Below are positions 54,676 through 64,000 of a stretch of DNA of 64,000 nt, piece by piece. Both the position numbers and the translations under genes were made by a program. Under the pieces are notes generated by a model. That model was not told where the DNA came from. It did not search any database and worked only from the letters and a program-made list of their open reading frames with translations. Origin of the DNA: Balanoglossus misakiensis (Eukaryota; Animalia; Hemichordata); contig JBECUI020000038.1 of NCBI GenBank assembly GCA_040954595.2, forward strand, positions 74,502 through 138,501. Reading direction: 5' to 3'. How positions within the stretch are numbered: the stretch's first letter is position 1; each line of letters starts with the position of its first letter.

Positions 54676-54993
54676 CTCGCTGCCCTTTTTTCCATTAATA
54701 ATGTTTGATACAAGACACTGTTTATGTTAATGTACATGTGTATATGTAGTGAATGAACATTCAACCATACACAACTTCCATCCCGCGTGTATGATATGGG
54801 AGTAAAAACTCACCCAAAACGAATAAATGGTAGAGACTGATTATTCATTTTGGCGATTTTTTTCACTCTCATGTCCACAAGCAGGATGGACTTTGTGTGT
54901 GGTTGAATATTGATTCACCATATATCCACATGTAGAAAAAACATAAATGGTGTCTTGTATCAAATATAATTAATGGAATAAGGGGCAGCGAGC
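54676..54993. mobile_element. Long palindromic MITE nested inside a mariner-type MITE (54541-55071)
   Basis: ctcgctgccct...tgatacaagacac...ttcaaccatac versus gtgtggttgaa...gtgtcttgtatcaaa...ggggcagcgag. Confidence 0.7.
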
Positions 54994-55216
54994 GAGAGAG
55001 AGAGCCTGTATCCCTTAAAGGACATGTTGTGTGATCCCAGAGGTGCCCTTACTTGGCAGGTTTCAATGTACTTCGCACATCAGTTGTACTCCACTGTCGG
55101 TATCGAATCATTTCCTGGTTGACATGGTGAGCTTTACATAAACAGATAAACCACCTCAAAAAGTGGGGCCCATAATTAGAGAATGGTTTTTAACCTCACA
55201 ATTTTACCATAATTAC

Positions 55217-55315
55217 CTTGAAAATCGCAAAGTCTTCATATCGTCAAATAACTGCAATGCAGTACTCAGACCTTCAGAAATCATACCGTATTTCTCACCT
55301 GCTCCTGACAAAAAT
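55217..55315 (-). pseudogene. MED25: MED25 vWA-domain exon
   Basis: atttcag|...|gtaatt, 99 nt: [32 protein letters not shown], matching MED25 [30 protein letters not shown]. Confidence 0.88.
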
Positions 55316-55475
55316 CTGAAATACAACACAGTACAATTATTTAACAAAAGGTGTATGTAAACAATGTCTACTCTGATTGTAGACAGATTTGATTAAACAT
55401 TTTATGAAACATTTAAAGGTAGGAACCTCTAATAAAAGCCAGTGAGTCAAAGGACAAAACTGAGACTTTGTCCCT

Positions 55476-55568
55476 TTAACCCTTTCACCCCCAGTTCCTT
55501 CTATACAGGTCGAACCTTTTCATAGATAACAATGGGTTTAGACTGAACCTTGGTTGTGAAAGGGTTAA
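55476..55568. mobile_element. piggyBac-like mini-MITE
   Basis: ttaa-ccctttcac...gtgaaaggg-ttaa. A related fragment lies at ~34840-34900. Confidence 0.65.
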
Positions 55569-56552
55569 TGGGCTTCAATAATGAGTTTTCTTTAAAATAA
55601 GAGGGTGTTACTTAAGGGTTATTACACTAAGTTTGGTCGATAACGCGTCATATTTGTGTGATAGTATGCCAAACTTGCATGGTATGTACAGCGTGATTAC
55701 TGCACACAAACATCCCTCTGCAATACACAAACACCATCCAACTTAAAATCAAATGCCTAACAAGTAGCTATTTGATATTTTGTGAATCGGTTTTATTCTA
55801 TTCATATTATATTATTTTATATGTGATGTTGATTAACTTGCATTTTTGTCAGAATAGAGTGGTATACATACAAGGTCTTTCTAATGTCAGGTGTCTATAA
55901 AAAGATAAGCCTGTTGCATCATTGTATAAGTGGTATAAGTCCATGGTGCCAGTAAGAATTGGGGTAGGTCTTGTAATTGGAACAGTGCATGGGGGGGGGG
56001 CTGTTATGTGCACAGTATATGTTGTTGCAGACATTTGAATGAAATATGAAATAGCAAGAAATAGTGGGTGCATTTGTGCGACTCAATTTGTTACTATTAT
56101 TTTGCAGAAGCTGAGAAAACACGCCAGTGCTGTGTACACACCTGTGCATCAAAAGGCTTCTCTGAGGATAGTCATTACACGCCCAAACGAGGGTAAATCA
56201 TTCCCAGGGCAAACTATGTAAGTGTCAGTTCTTCATGTAAGCACGCCATCGCTCACACTTCTGCATCCCCCCAGTCCACGTCAGTATATACATGCATAAT
56301 ACACCCCTTCTCTTTAGTACCTCATGTTATCCCATGCTTGCATTTTAATACACAGTTTAATTATGTAAATTTGTTGCTTTTAACAGGGAAACATTTTTTT
56401 TTCTCAATGAATTTGTTGACATAGGTCATGTTTATTCTGAATGCAATCATTTAGCCTTCTCTTTGTAAGTAAGTGGGGATTGAATTTTGTGAGTACTAAA
56501 TGACTTTCACACCAATGTAATAATTATTGGTACTCTTTTTAATTTCAATCAG

Positions 56553-57293
56553 GTGATTCTAGACGAGGGCGAGCCTCTGCCACTGCAATATGAACGGCTT
56601 TCCAACTCCAACGTAGCGATTCCATCTGCCTGGTTGAGCATAACTTTAGGTAGATGCAAGAACAAGCCGCCATCTTACGTCATAAAAAAGCTGATGGATG
56701 GGTTGTTTAAAACCCGAACAACTGAGCGGGAAGAATACCAGCGCATTTATTGGAACACCCTACCAGCATGTTGTAACGGCACTGACTTGTAAGTAAAAGG
56801 TTTCTTTAAAATGTCGAAATGATTGTATTCTATGATAATGACATTTTTTGCATGTCCCTGGAGTGAAATTCTTTGATTGGCTATCCCATATTCACTGGAT
56901 TCAAAATAAATATCATTATAAAGGTGCATCTCATCCTTATACATTTCATTTTATTTGTTCTGACCATCTACTACAAATACACTCGATGAAATTTATCAGT
57001 TAGGTCAACAGTTTTTGTACCTGAATGATATTAAGTTTTTTTCCTGAATTTTAGTTGAATTGTGTGACTTCCGGTTGGTGGAAATTACTCGTATTGGGCA
57101 ACTGCATATGTAACAATTATGCTTGGCAATCTTCTCCTTATTACTGCATGGTGTAACTGATATGTGTTTATTCTTCTCTTTTTCAGTATTTGGTGTCAAC
57201 AAACTGAAGATGTCAACAAAAGAGCTGATCCATGCATTCAACGCGAAATGCGCCACATGCAAACGGGCTGTCTTAAATAAAAACAGAGTGTAG
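56553..57293 (+). pseudogene. Spliced BEN-domain coding fragment (exons 56553-56788 and 57187-57293) with a +1 frameshift
   Basis: VILDEGEP...PSYVIKKLMDGLFK/PEQLSGKN...HVVTALT|gtaagt...tttcag|LFGVNKLKMSTKELIHAFNAKCATCKRAVLNKNRV*. The LMxxLF..EQL and N.KC...R motifs are BEN hallmarks. Confidence 0.7.
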
Positions 57294-57649
57294 TAGAGTA
57301 GGAAGTTTGTAGTGTAGTTTTTTATATTGGAAAAAAATTGTAGAGTAGCAAGTTTGTAGTGTAGTTTTTTTTATATTGAAAAAAAATTAGAGTAGCAAGT
57401 TGTTTGTAGTGTAGTTTTTTATATTGGAAAAACATTTTTTGCAGAGGAGCAAGTTGTGGTGTTTATATTTGTAGTGTAGCTTTTTTATTTTTTGAAAACC
57501 AATTTTTGTAGTGTGTAGTTTTACCATGTTGATTTTTTAGATTTCTTAACCCTGTGATTAAAATAGATTTTTTTTTAAATAAAAACTGTTAATTATAGTT
57601 TGCTTGTCTCTGAGGTTTTATGGGGGGTGGGGGTGGGTGGTTCAATGGT

Positions 57650-57930
57650 ACCCCTAGTTAATTGTCTTGCTGCAAACTCACTGCAATGTTCAAATTTTCA
57701 AGGTGGCAATCTTGATTGCTGTGAACTCACTGCAGTATTCAAATTCCTGTGAACTCACTGCAGTATTCAAAATCTTGTTGCTGGAAGTTTGCAACAAATT
57801 TGCAAGTCCCCTAATTTGCATGGTAAAATCAGGACTGTTTGCCACTTTGCAGCAGCAGTTTGCAGTGAGTTCGCAGAATCCTGCTGCAGATTTGCGGGAG
57901 GAGTTTGCAGCAGGCCCTTTTTTCGTAAGG
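57650..57930. mobile_element. Palindromic MITE (ctgcaaactcactgca repeats), nested
   Basis: gctgcaaactcactgca versus tgcagtgagttcgcag / gagtttgcagc. Ends ttttttcgtaaggg. Confidence 0.55.
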
Positions 57931-58252
57931 GATGTCCATATTATGGACATCACGAGGATGCGTCACGTTATCGACCAAACTTAGTGTAATAACCCCTTTA
58001 TCATACATGAACAGTAGCCCATAGCCAAGTGTGACAGGGCGATGCGATCAGGTGATCAACGTATAGGCCGTAGTATCATTCTAAGAGGGTTGGCAGCTTT
58101 CATTATGATGGGCACATGTGATTCAGGTCCCTCCCATCTACCTTAGCTGAGCTTGGGATCGCTTCGCCAAAGTTTATATGACAAGGGTGTTAGCCCATTC
58201 CTATCACAATAGGCTAGCTATATCGTTTATATGCCTTAATGAATTAATTAAT

Positions 58253-58315
58253 ATGACTGACTGACGGACTGACTGACTGACTAACTGACTGACTCACTGA
58301 ATGAATGAATGAAAG

Positions 58316-58350
<35 letters not shown>
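58253..58350. repeat. Compound microsatellite (gact)n(aatg)n(caat)n
   Basis: Directly visible in the sequence. Confidence 0.9.
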
Positions 58351-59549
58351 TACCCAGACATGGCATGGAGGGATTCACCTCCTGTTGAGATGTTCGCACC
58401 CCCTAGCAAATTGTCACAGGTGGGGTGGTCAGTGGCCCTTAAAATGATGTCACTCACATGATAGAGATATTAATTACATAACTCCTTTCCAGAGTGTGCT
58501 CTATTTATAGTCTGCACTATATACAGGTAAATGTGTAATGATATTTCAATAACTTTTGGAATCACAGGTCAGTAGAAAGGTTGATTGAACAAAAGGTTTT
58601 GAAATTCGTTCACCTTGTATTGGAACAGCTCTTACAGACATCACAACATCATTCAACGCTAAATCTTCGTAACTTTTACATACTGTTAATATAAATATAA
58701 TTATTTTTCTTTAAATTCATCCAAATATTACAATGTTTCTAGCAATTTCATAGCTGTATTATAGTTATTAAGATAATACTGTGTGTATGATATATACTTT
58801 GTGGATAGGATACAGATCTTTGCTTATTACCAAGAATATAACACCATGTGTTTGGATTTTAAATGCAGTTCGGAGCTGACTGTGTTGCATTTTGACTGCA
58901 AAATTAAAATATTTAGTTACATTTCCTTGCATTTAGTGTTGAAAATGTCACTTTCAGCTTTAAAATGAGCACTGATATCTATGGAACTAGAAGAATTGTG
59001 CTTTCTATTCTACAACATACAACATTTACATTTAATCAAACAACAGGATGATATTTGACAGTCAATCAATAAATATAACATACGTGTGAGTTGCATGTAC
59101 AAAACTAGACAGATGTATGTATGTGATATTTAAAGGGACATTAACTGTTACACATGCTCTACACAGAACTCCACTTGTCAGCATAACCTGTATGTGTGTA
59201 ACGGCTATTGAAATGAATTCTAGTCCAGACTTGAATTCAAATTCACAATAACAATACTGAACAGACACACCTATATTTCATCATGATTCAGGGATCTGAA
59301 GAAGACACTGCAGTAAATACTTAAAACAAAAATACTGAAAACAAAGTGAAAAGTTACAGCTAATGAAGCTTTAACTATGTTCAGAAACAAGTAGAACAGG
59401 CAATCAAAACACATTATAAACATTGAGAAAAACACCCAAAGTTACATGTACTACCGGTATCTATGAGGGCCCGTTCTGGTCAAAATTGTAGTTTATTAAT
59501 AAAACATGTTAGAATTAATTTTACCAGTATATAGAATTATTTTTTATGT

Positions 59550-61070
59550 GCTTTAATTATTTTTTTGTAGTCATGCAGAATTAATTTTATGTGTTCTAAA
59601 TAATTATTTTAGCTTATCTTTGTTAGAAATAATTCTGCCAACATCTCGAATTATTTTTATGTGTAGACTCGAATTAATTTCACGTGTTGTGTCGAATTAA
59701 TTTCACGTTGTCAAATAATATTGCCCTTACAATCCTTTGCGCGTAAATCAAGATGGCGGCGGCTGAGCATGTCTTTCTCGCCGCATAAAGTTAAAAAAGG
59801 GGCCGTTGTACAAGTTGTGAAACGTTTTGGGGCGATTTGCTGTCCAATATAAATGCAGTGTGCTCGAAAACGGCGATCGGTCCACGAGTTTTGGTCTACA
59901 GACAGAATTTTCTAGTCAAACCACTCAAAACCACTACCAGTTGGTGTAATCGCCAGCCTTGCTATGGTATAGCCCAGCTCTGCGTACAGTGTTCTTGGCG
60001 TGGAGGCCGTGTCATGGCGGGAACACACAGACCTGTACACAGAGCAAGCTGTTGCCCCGCGTTGCCAATTCGCCTTGATTGAATAAATTTTGACATCTGA
60101 ACATACAAAAATTGTGTTAATTTGTTATTTTCAGAACTAAGAAATAGCTGTAGGGCCCAGATCCCAGGAAACGGCGAATAAAATATTCCTTAAAATTTCC
60201 TTGTAAACTCAAGTTTTGTTTAAATAAATTTAAATTAAAAAGACAAAGTCTCTCTCTACATAACCATATTTAATGATAGCTTGCATTCTAGATTTACAAC
60301 TGATAAGATAGGGTGTGGGGCATAGATAGTAAAGGGGCAGACCCCGAAGTCTTCACCTCCTCTGTAGGCTGCATTCACAAACACCATTGGAGGGTGGGGG
60401 GGGGGGGGGGGGTGGGCGAGAGAATTAAAAAATTTTACCGCTAATTTTCACATGCCCCCCCCCTCCCCCCGACACAACCCGAAATATTTACAAATCCCCC
60501 TTCCGAACTGCCAAAATTTTAAACACCCTCCCCCTCCATTTTCTTTCACAGAGCAAAACACATCACCTATCTATCTTGTAAAAGATGATATTAATTCGAC
60601 ACTACACCTGTAATTAATTCAAGTCTACACGTAAAAAGAATTCGATATGTTGGCAAAATTATTTCTAACAAAGATAAGCTAAAATAATTATTTAGAACAC
60701 ATAAAATTAATTCTGCATGACTACAAAAAATAATTAAAAACATTGAATTCCCCCCAAAACGTCTCACAACTTGTACAACGGCCCCTTTTTCGAACTTTAT
60801 GCGGCGAGAAAGACATGCTCAGCCGCCGCCATCTTGATTTAAGCGCAAAGGATTGTGGGGGCAATATTAATTTGACACAATGTAAAATTAATTCGACACA
60901 ACACGTGAAATTAATTCGACAAAACACGTGATATTAATTCGACACTACACCTGAAATTAATTCGAGTCTACACGTAAAAATAATTCGAGATGTTGGCAAA
61001 ATTATTTCCAACAAAGATAAGCTAAAATAATTATTTAGAACACATAAAATTAATTCTGCATGACTACATG
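59550..61070. repeat. Inverted duplication of a ~280-bp repeat segment, plus an extra partial copy
   Basis: 59565-59835 is the reverse complement of 60750-61067, and a partial copy lies at 60585-60740. It contains gaattaatttc sub-repeats and caagatggcggc. Confidence 0.85.
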
Positions 61071-62689
61071 TCGGTCTCTGGCCCATGGACTATAACCAAA
61101 CAATGATAGTCCCAAATAAAGCCAAGCCATCAACTCCAATTTTGGTTTATTGGTGATGTTTTCTGCGATCATGCTGGATGCAATGCGGATATAATAAAAC
61201 TACTCTGTGAAAAATATGTTTGTTTACAAATTTGTTCACCTTTGTGGGTATATTGAACAGAAAGGGTTACTCCCCTTAACCTCTCAACAAACAAACAATC
61301 TTGACAATATTTGTAAACATACATATTTTTGTCACACATTTTTATATTAAACAAACACACACACACACTGCAAAGCAGGAGGAAGAGCTCCCTGTGGTCT
61401 TCCCACAAACGTTGGAATCACACTGCAGTGGTCGCCTGATTCAACCAGTAAAGGTCACATGAGGTCATCAATTGTTGTCGGTTTTCTGGTTGAATATTCT
61501 CTGAAAGCACGCCTTAACATTGATATTTTGCAATTGGTGTCAATAGTCATGAACTTTAAATAATGGAGCATCACTCGGCCCCAGTTACTAAGTTGCGATA
61601 GGGCGAAATCAACAGCGGAAACTGATTGTCGATCGTCCATGTCTCAAGCTTACCTTGTTTACGGACTGAATCAGGGGACTACAGTAACGTTATCGCGATG
61701 AATGTGATTCTACCCACACATTAAGTCGTGAAAACTATCAGTGATATCTTAAAACACACTAAATACTGTAATGTTTCAATACTCACTCCGCCAAATCTGT
61801 ATATAGGAATAATGATGGTGGACAGTGTGGGGGGCCTGAACCCATGACTTGCAGAAAACAGCTGGTACTTGCTCGCTCCTTGGCTTTGCATGTTTTCCGC
61901 TATTCTTTCAGAGAAATATGACACCGTCCTGGATGTGTAACAAACACTGGCCAACTAACGTCCATAGAAAAGGCGACATTGGAGTTGACGACAGAAAAAA
62001 CTGGCAGATTCTCTAGCCTGCGTGTCACACATGTGTTTACAACGAAGACACAGAACTGGTCAAAGGAAACGGGTCGAAGGTCAGCAACAGCGCCCTCTTG
62101 GGGTATATTCTGCGGAACTTTTGAAAGTTCCCGATCTCGTATCCTAAGGACGCCAGCAGAATTTCCTGCGGCATTTTAATTCTCATTCAAATATGAAAGA
62201 AACAAAACTAACCCGGTGTGAATTAGTTGGTTTAAAGGGGAGTTGGGGCAGGGTCTTCTTTCGGTAGTTTTGACCCCCAATAAAGCCTATTTACGGAGAG
62301 GATCTCTTATTCTTCAAATTTATTAATGGAAGTCGCGTATATGGGTAAGGGACCATTCAGTTTTTACGGCCGGGTGGGGCGGCAAAATCCAGGGGGGGGG
62401 GGGTCACTTAAATTTTGAAGTCCGAAAGTGGGGGTAATCTTTTTTTTTTAAACGTTTAGGGGGTCACATACTTTTGCCGCAAAACTTTTGCTTTGAGTCC
62501 ACAAAATTGCAGTTTCGCGCCCTTAATTTTACAAGATTTTCTAATATGGGAGGGGGACACCCCATCCCACACCCACCCCTCCATTCTTCGCTACATTTCA
62601 TTTATTGCCTGGTTTGTCTAGTGTACAAGGGCAGACTACTTGCCACACCACCACACCGATGCTTACTTTGAGTGGAGTGGCAAAAGTAA

Positions 62690-64000
62690 AATGCGCAGAA
62701 CACATAGATAGGCCTATGCGCATAAGAACGTTTTCCACTAGACTCTGTGGATCGACGGATAGTTCCAAAATGCCCATGGTTGCTTCCAAACAACCTCGTT
62801 TGTTTACCGAATTCTGTTGTGAGGCACATAACACATAGATAGGCCTATGTGCATAAGAAAGTTTTCCACTAGACTCTGTAGATCGAGAGATAGTTCTAAA
62901 ATATCCATGGTTGCCTCAAAACACAGCCTCGTTTGTTTACAAAAATCTGTTGTGATGCGCAGAACACATAGATAGGCCTATGCGCATAAGAACGTTTTCC
63001 ACTAGACCTTTTAGATCGACGGATAGTTCTAAAATTTCCATGGTTGTTTCCAAACAGCCTCGTTTATTTACCGATTTCTGTTGTGAGGCGCTGAACACAT
63101 AGATAGGCCTATGCGCATAAGAAAGTTTTCCACTAGACGCTGAAGATCGACGGATAGTTCTAAAATTTCCATGGTTGCTTCCAAACAGCCTCGTTTATTT
63201 ACCGATTTCTGTTGTGAGGCGCAGAACACATGATAGGCCCATGCTCATAAGAAATTTTTCCACTAGACTGTGTAGATCGAGAGATAGTTCAAAAATTTCC
63301 GTGGTTGCTTCCAAACAGCCTCGTTTGTTTACAAAATTATTTTGTGATGCGCAGAACACATAGATAGGCCTATGCGCAAAAGAACGTTTTCCACTAGACT
63401 CTGTAGATCGATGGATAGTTCTAAAATTTACATGGGTGCTTCTAAACAGCCTCGTTTATTTACCGATTTCTGTTGTGAGGCGCTGAACACATGATAGGCC
63501 TATACGCATAAGAAAGTTTTCCACTATACTCTGTAGATCGACGGATAGTTGTAAAATTTCAATGGTTGCTTCCAAACAGCCTCGTTTATTTACCGAATTC
63601 TGTTGTGATGCGCAGAACACATGATAGGACTATGCGCATAAGAAATTTTTCCACTAGACTCTGTAGATCGACGGGTAGTTCTAAAATTTCCATAGTTGCT
63701 TCCAAACAGCCTCGTTTATTTACCGAATTCTGTTGTTAGGCGCAGAACACGTGATAGGCCTATGCGCATAAGAAAGTTTTCCACTAGACTCTGTAGATCG
63801 ACGGATAGTTCTAAAATTGCCATGGTTGCTTCCAAACAGCCTCGTTAATTTACCGATTTCTGTTGTGAGGCGCAGAACACATGATAGGCCTATGCGCATA
63901 AGAAATTTTTCCACTAGACTCTGTAGATCGACGGATAGTTCTAAAATGTCCATGGTTGCTTCCAAACAGCCTCGTTTATTTAATGAATTCTGTTGTGATG
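62690..64000. repeat. ~131-bp tandem satellite (~10 copies, runs off the window end)
   Basis: gataggcc occurs at 62707, 62838, 62971, 63102 and 63232. Confidence 0.95.

Larger units (their letters stand above)
55615..57997 (+). mobile_element. PIF/Harbinger-like non-autonomous element carrying BEN-domain exons
   Basis: TIRs agggttattacactaagtttggtcgataacg and cgttatcgaccaaacttagtgtaataacccct, with TSD TTA on both sides. Confidence 0.8.

Noticed and set aside
61455-61640. 61-aa ORF MDDRQSVSAVDFALSQLSNW...
   Set aside because: No recognisable domain and no supporting exon chain.

Overview
AT-rich, repeat-dense eukaryotic DNA, most likely from a marine invertebrate (possibly a deuterostome; this is inference). 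I found no intact protein-coding gene. 1-4.7 kb is a ~192-bp satellite. 7-22.2 kb is a compound satellite: ~900-bp monomers in a duplicated higher-order block, with an amplified internal 116-bp subunit and a Helentron/HINE-like insertion carrying its own 146-bp array. 31.8-55.3 kb (minus strand) holds a decayed MED25 copy (vWA exon, linker exons, Q-rich LxxLL exon). Four same-strand EGF-Ca exons sit where the ACID/PTOV exons would be expected, in splice phases that keep the frame. One intron of this chimera contains a complete 10.6-kb Academ(X)-type transposon (TIRs, TACA TSD, DDE + XPG/FEN-like + Cys-rich domains) with an unexpected OTU-protease domain. That transposon is itself hit by a Tx1/L1 LINE, a Transib-like MITE, an L2 fragment and other inserts. 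55.6-58 kb is a PIF/Harbinger-like TIR element carrying spliced BEN-domain exons. The window ends in a ~131-bp satellite. Most short ORFs in the track are spurious readings of repeats.
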